A program made the translations under genes and the position numbers. A stretch of DNA of 64,000 nucleotides from a bacterium (GTDB taxonomy: Bacteria; UBA8248), in contig CBDATS010000005.1 of the NCBI GenBank assembly GCA_965200245.1, forward strand, positions 448,001-512,000, given 5' to 3'. The notes below the pieces were generated by a model. The model searched no databases. It saw only the letters and a program-made list of their open reading frames with translations, and was not told the origin of the DNA. Positions 31,860 through 40,735 of this stretch are shown one piece after another. Within the stretch, counting starts at the first letter, position 1, and every line of letters begins with the position of its first letter.

Positions 31860-32001
31860 CAAGAAACTCTTTGTTCTCCGCCACACGCAAGTTCGCCTTA
31901 TGTTAAACTAACATTCGGCACATCATCGGCACCGCCTTGCTTCTCCCGGTGGTTCGGATGAAAACGATGTTTACCCCGTAACCGGCGAGAGGCAGAAGAC
32001 G

Positions 32002-32472
32002 ATGCGGTCTAACTTCTTTCGCCTGAACGAGACCCAGCAGCTTCCCATCGAACTCGACGCCGCCTGGGAATTTTTCTCAAACCCACAGAATCTAAAAGAA
32101 ATTACACCGCCCGAACTCCATCTGGTCGTTGAGAACGAATTGCCGTTGAGAATGCATCCGGGAACGCTCATCTGCTACCGTGTGAAACCCTTACTGGGAA
32201 TTCCGGTCCACTGGGTAACCGAGATCACGCATATGGAGAAGTGTCGTTTTTTTGTGGACGAACAGCGATTCGGCCCCTATCGATTCTGGCACCACCAGCA
32301 CCATTTTGCCCAAATCGAAGGAGGCGTCGAGATGCGCGATATCATCCACTACAAGTTGCCTTTGGGCCCCTTGTCGTTCCTGTTTGACAGCTTCGTGGTG
32401 AGCAGGCAACTGCGACGCATCTTCTCATACCGCAAAGAGGCTCTCGCGCAGCGTTTCGGACGGATGAATTGA
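32002..32472 (+). CDS. SRPBCC family protein
   Basis: WEFFSNPQNL..ITPP, WVTEIT, FVDEQRFGPY..WHHQH. Confidence 0.9.
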   Translation: MRSNFFRLNETQQLPIELDAAWEFFSNPQNLKEITPPELHLVVENELPLRMHPGTLICYRVKPLLGIPVHWVTEITHMEKCRFFVDEQRFGPYRFWHHQHHFAQIEGGVEMRDIIHYKLPLGPLSFLFDSFVVSRQLRRIFSYRKEALAQRFGRMN

Positions 32473-32510
32473 ATTTGCTTCATTGGGACTTAAAATACCT
32501 GGCTATAAAT

Positions 32511-32558
32511 ACCACTATATGTGGCGCTTGTCAGGAATGACTATCGTCATATAGTGTG
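32511..32558. promoter_or_regulatory. Tandem NrdR-box-like motifs
   Basis: ACCACTATATGTGG (32511-32524) and a weaker CGTCATATAGTGT about 32 bp later. Confidence 0.45.
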
Positions 32559-32706
32559 GAATTATAGTTGAAAATATAATTTCTGCTTCATTTTACGGCA
32601 AGATGATGTACCTGACAGCAACGAATACCCGAGCGGTTTCAATTGATCCGAGCCTTTCGGGAGACGGAAAAACCTACCTTGTCACGCAGCAACCCGGAGA
32701 TCCGAA

Positions 32707-33561
32707 ATGAAAATTATGCTCGCAACTATCCTCTCGCTTTTCATAGCTGCCACAGCTTCTGCGCAGGTAATCACAAAGCCCGTCGCGCAGAAGTTGGAAA
32801 AGGAAAAATCCACCAACCCGGTTCTTTTGATGAAGACCAACTTCGGAGACGTCTACATCGAGTTGTTCCCCGAAGAAGCGCCCAAGACCGTGGCGAACTT
32901 CATGGGTCTCGCGACGGGCGAACGCGCCTTCGTCGACCACAAGACCCAAAAAAAGGTGAAACGACCGTTTTACGACGGCCTCAAGTTTCACCGCGTAATC
33001 AAAGAGTTCATGATCCAGGGAGGAGACCCAAAAGGAAACGGAACCGGGGGACCCGGTTACAACTTCGAGGACGAGATCAACGCAGACGCTCTGGGTTTGC
33101 ACAAAATGAAGGCCATCAAGGACGGCCGTCCCCATTCCTTTTTGCCCATAAGAAACCAGAACGATTTCCAGCGCACAATTGTACAACCCCTCTTCCGGAA
33201 AATGGGCATCCGCTCGCAGGCAGGCCTCGACAAACGTATGGAAGAGGCAAAAACGCGCCTCTCCAATCTCACGCTCAAGGACGCGTACGAGAATATAGGC
33301 TATAGCTTCAACGCGAAGCTCAAATCACGTCCACCCTTAAAAGGCGTCCTAGCCATGGCGAACTCGGGTCCCAATACGAACGGCTCACAGTTCTTCATCA
33401 ACCTGATTGATACACCATGGCTCACCGGCAAACACACGGTCTTTGGAAAAGTGGTCAAGGGAATGGAAGTAGTGGAGAAAATCGGAGAAACGCCAGTGGG
33501 AACGGGAAGTATGCCTGAAAAGGAGGTGCAAATCATCTCGATCAGGGTTCACATGCCCTGA
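32707..33561 (+). CDS. Cyclophilin-type peptidyl-prolyl isomerase (secreted, with insertion)
   Basis: Signal peptide, FHRVIKEFMIQGGDP, LAMANSGPNTNGSQFFI, HTVFGKV. Confidence 0.95.
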   Translation: MKIMLATILSLFIAATASAQVITKPVAQKLEKEKSTNPVLLMKTNFGDVYIELFPEEAPKTVANFMGLATGERAFVDHKTQKKVKRPFYDGLKFHRVIKEFMIQGGDPKGNGTGGPGYNFEDEINADALGLHKMKAIKDGRPHSFLPIRNQNDFQRTIVQPLFRKMGIRSQAGLDKRMEEAKTRLSNLTLKDAYENIGYSFNAKLKSRPPLKGVLAMANSGPNTNGSQFFINLIDTPWLTGKHTVFGKVVKGMEVVEKIGETPVGTGSMPEKEVQIISIRVHMP

Positions 33562-33607
33562 TTCTCTTGCAAGGCAGCCTGAGTTAACGCAACGATCGCA
33601 CGCAAAA

Positions 33608-34216
33608 CTACATTTCCCTGCGGCCTTCAAGTGAGCGGATGAGCGTCATCTCGTCCGCGTATTCGAGATGGCTGCCCATGGGAAGACCATGCGCCAACTG
33701 CGTGACACGCACACCGAGCGGTTTGAGCACCTGGGCGAGATAAAGAGTAGTTCCCTCGCCCGCCATATTGGGGTTAAGGGCGAGAATCACTTCCTTCACA
33801 TTCCCGCCCTTTACGCGCTCAACGAGTCTGGCAATGGTAAGGTCTTCAGGCTCCACTCCGTCCAAAGGGGATATGACACCCATCAGCACGTGGTAGCGAC
33901 CCTTCACGCCTCCTGCGCGTTCCACGGCGAACACGTCTGCGGGTTCTTCCACCACACAGATGACGCTTGGGTCACGCGCACAGCAAACAGAGCAGGCATC
34001 CCCGCCAGCTTCGCCCTCCACAAGCATCGAACACGTGTCGCACAGGCCTACTTTTTTATGAAGCGCCTCGCATGAGGCAGCGATTTTGCCGGCTGCTTCG
34101 GGGTCTTTGCCCAGAAGATGGAAGACGATCCGCTGCGCGCTCTTTGGCCCCACGCCCGGAAGGCGGCGAAATGCCTCGATGCATTCTTCTATGGCGGGAA
34201 ACTGGTTCAACTGCAT
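33608..34216 (-). CDS. recR: Recombination protein RecR
   Basis: LPGVGPKSAQR, C4 zinc finger, YHVLMG.ISP, LEYADE. Confidence 0.96.
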   Translation of the reverse strand: MQLNQFPAIEECIEAFRRLPGVGPKSAQRIVFHLLGKDPEAAGKIAASCEALHKKVGLCDTCSMLVEGEAGGDACSVCCARDPSVICVVEEPADVFAVERAGGVKGRYHVLMGVISPLDGVEPEDLTIARLVERVKGGNVKEVILALNPNMAGEGTTLYLAQVLKPLGVRVTQLAHGLPMGSHLEYADEMTLIRSLEGRREM

Positions 34217-34314
34217 GGCTTGACCTGAACAATTCCATAAAAACCGATAAATTTGCGAAGTTCGTGCGTAAACTAACGAATGTGAAAAGCGCGACACAGA
34301 GGCCGCGCATCGGC

Positions 34315-34632
34315 TCAGAACAGACCCGGAATGGGCAGTCCGCCTGTGAGCTTTTTCATCTCCTCAGACATCATGTCCTTTCCTTTTCGGGACGCTTCGT
34401 TGCAAGCGGCGCGCACCAGATCCTCAAGCATTTCCACGTCGTCGGGATCGACTACCTGCGGTTCTATCTTCACCGACACCACCTCACCCGCTCCGTTGGC
34501 GACCACGTTCACCATGCCACCGCCCGCGGACGCCTCTACCGTCTTTGCCGCCATCTCCTCCTGCAGCTTGGCCATCTTGTCCTGGAGTTGGCGAGCCTGC
34601 TTCATCAAACCGCCGATTCCGCCTTTCAACAT
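34315..34632 (-). CDS. ybaB: YbaB/EbfC nucleoid-associated protein
   Basis: MKQA..LQ, SAGGGMV, DDVEMLEDL; lies between dnaX and recR. Confidence 0.95.
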   Translation of the reverse strand: MLKGGIGGLMKQARQLQDKMAKLQEEMAAKTVEASAGGGMVNVVANGAGEVVSVKIEPQVVDPDDVEMLEDLVRAACNEASRKGKDMMSEEMKKLTGGLPIPGLF

Positions 34633-34662
34633 GAGACTCTCCCTGTGTGTACCTCAATCAAT

Positions 34663-36393
34663 CTAGGCGAATGAATTTTTACCTGATTTTCGCACCCGCC
34701 CCTGACGAGTGTCTAGTATCATCTTTCCATTGAATAAATCCACGACTTCCTGGATTACCGTCTCTTCATTCTCATCGGATTTCCTGGCCCGATTGTCAGT
34801 CGCCTCCCTGTCTTCTCCATCGCCAGCCTGGGAAGAAGTGCCGTTCTCCACCTCTGCTATCTCAATCTTCGCTGTCCAGGGGGAATTATCCCTGAAATAC
34901 GCCTCAAGTTCGGGAAGCATTTCCTGTGCCATATCCTGGCATTGGGGCGTCCTGTTCTCCCGAGCGAGAGTCACGCGAACGAGTTCCTGTGTTTCCAGAT
35001 CGAGTTCCACTCCAGAAAAAAGCGGACGTCTCATCGGGCGCAAGGCTTCTACCGCTCCAGTCCATACACGGCGCGCATCGACGGCGTTCCATTTCTGCAC
35101 TTTGGTCTGTGGAATGGGAGAAATACCCGAGGGGGTTTCGACCGAAGGAGAAGCAGGAGTGCTCGTTTCCCGAGGAGCCTGCGGCTGTGATCTGGCACCG
35201 GTTTCCGACCTCGACACAGAGGCACGCGTGGTATTTGTCGACGCTCCCCTGCCCATGGATTCAAGTTTCTCCATCAAGGCACCCAAATCCGCTATCGGTT
35301 CGATCTGGCACATCCTCAGAATCGCCACTTCAAGCGTCATACGGGGATGATCCGAGGTTTTCAGTTCGAACTCCGCTCCCTGCAGAATGGAGTACGCCTG
35401 ATGTGCCTCGGCGAAACTCATCTTCGAAGCCACCTGCTTGCGTTCTTCAATCTCGGACGCCGCCACATCGAAGAGCGTCTCCTCATCACCAGAAGAGAGG
35501 AGTACCATGCAGTCGCGCAGATATTCGAGCAGGTTCGCACAGAAGAGTTTGAGATCATGGCCCGCGTCGAAGACGCCCTTGAGTTCGATGAGCGCCCTGT
35601 TCCCGTCGCGCGCGACCACCGCTTCGACCAAGGCCTTGTGAATGCTGCCCGAAGGGACCCCGAGCACTTTTTCAACTTCATTACTTGATACCGGATCTTC
35701 GGCCGCGAAGGCCAACACCTGATCGAGCAGGGATTGCGCATCGCGGATGCTGCCCTCCCCCATGCGCGCCAACAGTTTGACGGCCGCCTCGTCCATCTTC
35801 CTGCCCTGCGACTCGACGATTCTCGAGAGGTGAGAGGCGATAACCGAGGTCGTGACCCTCCGGAACTCGAAAACCTGACAGCGACTCAGAATTGTGTCGG
35901 GGACGTTTTTGATTTCTGTTGTGGCCAGAATGAAAACCACATGAGGCGGCGGTTCCTCAAGAGTCTTGAGTAGCGCGTTGAAGGAACTCTTCGACAGCAT
36001 GTGCACTTCATCGAATATCACCGTTTTGTAGCGGCCACGCGCGGGTTGGTAGCGTAAACTCTCGCGCAACTCACGTACATTGTCCACCCCTGTATAGGTG
36101 GCGGCGTCGATTTCCATAATATCGGGATGACTCCCCCCGGTGATCTCCTCGCATGATGCGCATTTGTTGCACGGCTCAGGCCGAGTTCCTTCACTCGATT
36201 CGCAATTGAGCGCCTTGGCGAGAATGCGCGCAGTGGTCGTTTTGCCGACCCCCCGCGTTCCGCTGAATAGATACGCGGATGCAACACGCCCTGAGGACAG
36301 GGCGTTTGAAAGCGTTCGCCGGATATGCTCCTGGCCGATGAGTTCCCCGAAACACTGCGGACGCCATTGCCTGGCACTGCCGATGAAAGCCAT
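34663..36393 (-). CDS. dnaX: DNA polymerase III subunit gamma/tau
   Basis: ARQWRPQ, GTRGVGKTT, DEVHML, LLKTLEEPP, TILSRC; start at ATG 36393. Confidence 0.96.
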   Translation of the reverse strand: MAFIGSARQWRPQCFGELIGQEHIRRTLSNALSSGRVASAYLFSGTRGVGKTTTARILAKALNCESSEGTRPEPCNKCASCEEITGGSHPDIMEIDAATYTGVDNVRELRESLRYQPARGRYKTVIFDEVHMLSKSSFNALLKTLEEPPPHVVFILATTEIKNVPDTILSRCQVFEFRRVTTSVIASHLSRIVESQGRKMDEAAVKLLARMGEGSIRDAQSLLDQVLAFAAEDPVSSNEVEKVLGVPSGSIHKALVEAVVARDGNRALIELKGVFDAGHDLKLFCANLLEYLRDCMVLLSSGDEETLFDVAASEIEERKQVASKMSFAEAHQAYSILQGAEFELKTSDHPRMTLEVAILRMCQIEPIADLGALMEKLESMGRGASTNTTRASVSRSETGARSQPQAPRETSTPASPSVETPSGISPIPQTKVQKWNAVDARRVWTGAVEALRPMRRPLFSGVELDLETQELVRVTLARENRTPQCQDMAQEMLPELEAYFRDNSPWTAKIEIAEVENGTSSQAGDGEDREATDNRARKSDENEETVIQEVVDLFNGKMILDTRQGRVRKSGKNSFA

Positions 36394-36471
36394 CAAGAAT
36401 CCATCCCAAGGCCTTACACCATAAAGGGCCCCATACCCAATATGCGAAGTATAGAACATGCGATGAAGTCG

Positions 36472-36575
36472 ACCGGTCAGGCACCCTCGTGGCACCCGGG
36501 AGTATCCACTGACCGCTGCTTCCTTCCGGACCTGACGGGGTTCGCAGGCTCCCGCCGCACGAGACCCGACCGGCC
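36472..36575 (-). ncRNA. ffs: Signal recognition particle RNA (S domain; may extend to about 36400-36670)
   Basis: Minus strand GCGAACCCCGTCAGGTCCGGAAGGAAGCAGCGGT helix-8 consensus; canonical position upstream of dnaX. Confidence 0.95.
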
Positions 36576-36971
36576 GAATTCATGGCAAGTTCCACCGGGA
36601 AATCTTACCCCGTCCCCAGGTCTTTGGGAAGCCGGAGCATCGGCAATTTGAGGATTGCGACTCGCAAGTAAGGCAACCATGCTAACATCATGGCCTTAGA
36701 AGTATCCCATTCAAAAGGCCTGCGAAACGATGCGCAAAGACAATATCAGCGACTGAGCCACTTCTGGGGCGAGGGCGCAAAAAACTGCAAGATATATGGC
36801 AGGAATAGTTTGCGGCCTTTTCCAAAAGCACCGGAATCATTTTCCCGCTTCTCTAGCATTTGCGAATCGCTAATTCACAGCAAATAAGGTTAGAATGAAC
36901 CTTTCAAACATTTGGTCGAGTGAAGCTCCGGTTCTTTGTTTTGCAACATTTCAGGAAAGGCCATCGGAAGC

Positions 36972-37835
36972 ATGTCGTTTTCCAAAGTCGTCGAACTCAA
37001 AGAGGGGAAGGTCTACGCCCTCCACAACACGTTTCCCCTGGACGGGCGTATTAGCGCATACCCCATCAGTGCGCGCGGTCACAGCGTATCGAACTGCTAT
37101 CTCCTGAAAGAAGATAACGGAGCCCTCCTGCTCGACACGGGCTACGCCGCCCATGAAGCCGAAATTCTGATGCAACTCGAATCCATCCTCGAACCGACCA
37201 CGCCCCTGATAATGCTTCCGCTTCGCATCAACGAATTCATGTCGGTCGGCAACGCCATGGCGATTGCCAAGCGCTTCAATGTGGTGGAATGCCTGGCTCC
37301 GGTGCCGGAGATCAATGATTGGCTGGAGTTCGAAGCGCTGGAACCAGGCGGCAGGAACAACGGCAACCCCGTTCTTTCCACCACGATACTGAAGCCGCTC
37401 CATCCTATCGAACTTGGTGACAGATACATTGAGGTGATGAACGCGCCGATTCGCCTCATCAGCACGCGGTGGATATACGATGCGGCCACGCGCACCCTGT
37501 TTTCTTCGGACATGTTCAGCCATCTCTGGGCGGAAAAAACGGAGGGCCCCTGGATACTGGATGAGGATGAGGTAACGACGACATCTTTCGTTCGCTCGTT
37601 CCTGCTGAACACACGCTACTGGTGGCTTGAGGGCGCGCGGACAGATTCCATACGAAAAGGTATCGCAGAAGTTTTCGAGCGCTACGATATAGAAACCATT
37701 GCCCCGGGCTACGGCGCCATCCTGCACGGGCGCCATCTTGTCGAACAGCAATTCGCCGTGCTGGACGAGGTTCTGGCGGATCTTGATCGGAGTATTGTCA
37801 AGCCGGGGTACGTTGCACTTGGCCTGGAGAGATAG
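36972..37835 (+). CDS. MBL-fold protein with degenerate metal motif
   Basis: SNCYLL..LLDTG, TLFSSDMF, IAPGYG; the HxExxH region is replaced by LRINEFMS. Confidence 0.7.
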   Translation: MSFSKVVELKEGKVYALHNTFPLDGRISAYPISARGHSVSNCYLLKEDNGALLLDTGYAAHEAEILMQLESILEPTTPLIMLPLRINEFMSVGNAMAIAKRFNVVECLAPVPEINDWLEFEALEPGGRNNGNPVLSTTILKPLHPIELGDRYIEVMNAPIRLISTRWIYDAATRTLFSSDMFSHLWAEKTEGPWILDEDEVTTTSFVRSFLLNTRYWWLEGARTDSIRKGIAEVFERYDIETIAPGYGAILHGRHLVEQQFAVLDEVLADLDRSIVKPGYVALGLER

Positions 37836-37843
37836 GAGCGAGC

Positions 37844-38602
37844 ATGAACCCACTGCCCCGTGAAATCTCTCCGGGCGTCTTCTGGCTCGGTGACTGCCTT
37901 GTGCAGCACTCGCAAGGGAAAATCTATCACTCCTACAACGCGGCCTTCCTCGTCATCGGCACTGAGGCATCCATGCTTGTAGAGACGGGACATCCCAAGG
38001 ACTTTCCCATCATCGAGCATCAGATGAGAGATATTCTCTCCAAAGGAGGAGGCCCGCTCAAACACCTGTTCCTTACCCATCAGGAAACCCCCCACTCGGG
38101 CGGTCTAGGCCGCGTTCTCGACAGATACCCCGACCTTACCATCCATGGGGACATGTCCGACTACCATCTGGCGTTCCCCCAACACGAGAACCGTTTCCAA
38201 GAGATGCGCGTCGGGGAGACCATAGACTTGGGAGACTCCCAGTTCATGGCCGTGGAACCCATAATCAGGGACCTGAGAAGTTCTCTGTGGGGTTTTGAAA
38301 CAAAAGGACGCGTCCTGTTCCCCGGAGACGGCTTTGCCTACAGCCACTACCATACGGACGGGCATTGTGGGATGTTTGCCGAGGAGGCCACCTCTCTGGA
38401 TCTGGTCGACGTGCTGGGTGTGTTCGCGGAACGCGCCCTGTTCTGGACCACCTTTACCGATATGAACATATACGCCGACAAACTGGAAGAACTGATGGAA
38501 TATCTGGGTGTCGAAGTAGTCGCGCCGACACACGGCCTTCCCATACGAGACATTGCACGCACGATGCCCAAGGTAAGAGAAGGCCTGATCCGGGGCGACT
38601 GA
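37844..38602 (+). CDS. MBL-fold (FprA/ODP-like) metalloprotein
   Basis: YNAAFLV, THQETPHSGG, LFPGDGF, APTHG. Confidence 0.8.
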   Translation: MNPLPREISPGVFWLGDCLVQHSQGKIYHSYNAAFLVIGTEASMLVETGHPKDFPIIEHQMRDILSKGGGPLKHLFLTHQETPHSGGLGRVLDRYPDLTIHGDMSDYHLAFPQHENRFQEMRVGETIDLGDSQFMAVEPIIRDLRSSLWGFETKGRVLFPGDGFAYSHYHTDGHCGMFAEEATSLDLVDVLGVFAERALFWTTFTDMNIYADKLEELMEYLGVEVVAPTHGLPIRDIARTMPKVREGLIRGD

Positions 38603-38634
38603 ATTCAGTAGAAATTCCGACTAATCAAGCAGCC

Positions 38635-39033
38635 CTAGACATCCTCCACCAGTTCCCAGAGCGTACCCATTGTGCTCTTGGGCTTGATGAAGGCGATGAG
38701 GTGCCCGCCAAAACCGGGCCGCGACTTTTCATCTATCAATTCGAAGCCCTGCGCCTTCATCTCGGCAAGAACACCGTCGATATTCTTGACGTCGAAGGCG
38801 ACATGATGGAGACCCTCGCCTCGCTCTTCGATGAATCTGGCGAGAGGCGAGTCATCCCTGATGGGTGAGATGGGTTCGATGAGATCACCTCCCAGGTCCA
38901 GCATGGCCAGATCAGTTGCACCGTCGGCAGAAGTTTCCCGCGCGAGCAGTTTCGCGCCCATGCTCTTATAGAGAGTGATAGCGGCATCCATGTCTTTCAC
39001 CGCGACGCCTATGTGATGAAATTTGTTGAACAT
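38635..39033 (-). CDS. mce: Methylmalonyl-CoA epimerase / VOC family protein
   Basis: HHIGVAV, GEGLHHVAF, FIKPKSTMG.LWELVE. Confidence 0.85.
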   Translation of the reverse strand: MFNKFHHIGVAVKDMDAAITLYKSMGAKLLARETSADGATDLAMLDLGGDLIEPISPIRDDSPLARFIEERGEGLHHVAFDVKNIDGVLAEMKAQGFELIDEKSRPGFGGHLIAFIKPKSTMGTLWELVEDV

Positions 39034-39254
39034 TTTTGAATTCCTCCCGACTCGGCTCGGCGTCGGGACACTCCCATCGCCGCATCGGCCATTCGATGAT
39101 TTAATGACAATCTGTTTAGCAGGCTTGCTTGAATTCTACAATCAAACCTACCGATTCCAAACACTCGAAACTATACTTGGCGCAGCATATGTCGTATCCT
39201 GCGCGAATCGACGCCATAATCAGCTCTGCTTATCCATATATGAGGAGAACATCC

Positions 39255-39818
39255 ATGCAAGAAGACCCCATCGACGGACACTCCACCTCCATCGTGCCTG
39301 GTGAGCGCGTCATCGACAAGCCGGAACTTCCCCGTGGAGGGCTTTATACCGACAACACCGTCCACACCGAGATGTATGAAGGCTCCCTGCAGTTGAAACG
39401 CGGCACGGCGGGCGATTTCGAGATTTTCTGTGACGAGGGGGCGCACATTGGCGGCACGGCCCAATACCCCACGCCGATGGCCTATCTCGCCATGGCGACG
39501 GGATTCTGACTGCTTACCCAGGTGTCGCGGTACGCGCACATGATGAAAATGCAGATCAAGGGAGCGAGCGTCTCGGTGCGTTTCCGAAAGTTGCTTGGCG
39601 GCTCGGTGCTTAAAGGCACCGTGTTCAACAAGTGGGAGGCTGTGGACACACATCTTAAAATCGAATCAGACGAGCCGGCAGAGAGGCTCGCTCACCTGAT
39701 AAAGAATGCCAAGAATGGATGTTTCGCCGAGAGTTTGATCACCGAGCCGGTGCCACTTCACTCCACCGTGGAGGTGAACGGCGAACCCTTCCAGATAGAG
39801 GGCGTCACGGCGGATTAA
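39255..39818 (+). CDS. OsmC-like protein, putative selenoprotein (Sec85, TGA 39507-39509)
   Basis: PTPMAYLAMATGF-U-LLTQ continues in frame to AKNGCFAE (second Cys). Hairpin GTGTCGCGGTACGCGCAC begins 12 nt after the TGA. RBS GAGGAG. Confidence 0.85.
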
Positions 39819-39840
39819 CCCCCAGAATGGAGTTATTTTG

Positions 39841-40299
39841 ATGGAATACTTCAACGCATCAGATGACATCGCTTTCGGCTCGCAACCCGAACCTGCGGAT
39901 TTGAAGACCCTCGCCGAAAACGGGGTCAAGACCATCATCAACACCCGCTTCCCCGAGGAAGACCAGGGCGACCTCCCGCCCGAGCGTGCCAAAGTCGAAG
40001 CAAAGAAGCTAGGGATGCGCTATGTGAACATCCCTGTTTCGCCGGTCGAGTTCAGTCCAGCCTCACTTGCCGAGGTGAACCGCGCGCTCACGGAAGCGAA
40101 GGCCCACGGGCCCGCGTTCGTACACTGAAAGGCAACGGGGCGGGCCGGGATTTGCTCGCTGAATCATCTGGCGGACGAGAACGACTGGACAGCGCAGGAG
40201 ATGGAGCAGGCGGCCGACGCCACCGGTTTCGACTGGCGCGACGCGCCGCTCGCGCCAAAGTACCGCGAGTTCTTCTCAAGGAGACCCCAAGGGGAGTAA
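39841..40299 (+). CDS. DUF442/Blh-type (PTP-like) sulfurtransferase, putative selenoprotein (Sec96, TGA 40126-40128)
   Basis: SQP, GVKTIINTR, GMRYVNIPV, GPAFVH-U-KATGRA equals the HCx4R active loop. The frame stays open 56 more codons to TAA 40297-40299. Hairpin at 40140-40159. Confidence 0.83.
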
Positions 40300-40488
40300 C
40301 TCTCGCATATCCTCGCATTTGCAGTCATGATCGCGCCTGTAAATTCGTGTCTCCTCACCTTGTTTCCGGCGAGGGGGAAATATGTACCTTCGAACAAAGC
40401 AAATATTGATACTACTTGCCTTGGATATTTGAGGGTTCTATAATCTCTTAACTTTCCAGACTTTCCGGGTGGCCGAGGAGGCGAGTAC

Positions 40489-40692
40489 TTGATCCGTAAA
40501 GGTCGTATGTTTCTGCTTGGCGCACTTGTCTGTTTTCTCGTTTTTTTCAGCAGCGTGGCGATAGGCGCCGCGGGCTTCGGCGTAGTGCTCGACGACGTGC
40601 CGGAGATGCTGACCCTTTTGGTCGCTGTGCTTCTGTTCGTGGCCGCTGTTTTGATGCTGGAAACAGCAGAAAATCGCAGCACCGACATCTGA
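40489..40692 (+). CDS. Small two-TM membrane protein preceding the TRAP operon
   Basis: Hydrophobic 67-aa ORF with RBS GAGGAGG. Confidence 0.55.
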   Translation: MIRKGRMFLLGALVCFLVFFSSVAIGAAGFGVVLDDVPEMLTLLVAVLLFVAAVLMLETAENRSTDI

Positions 40693-40735
40693 TAACCGAC
40701 CAAAGCAACATCCATCAAGAAAAGGGGGAAGCAAC

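Noticed and set aside
34663-36393. Programmed -1 frameshift in dnaX producing the gamma subunit
   Set aside because: No A-AAA-AAG or long A-run slippery site seen on the coding strand
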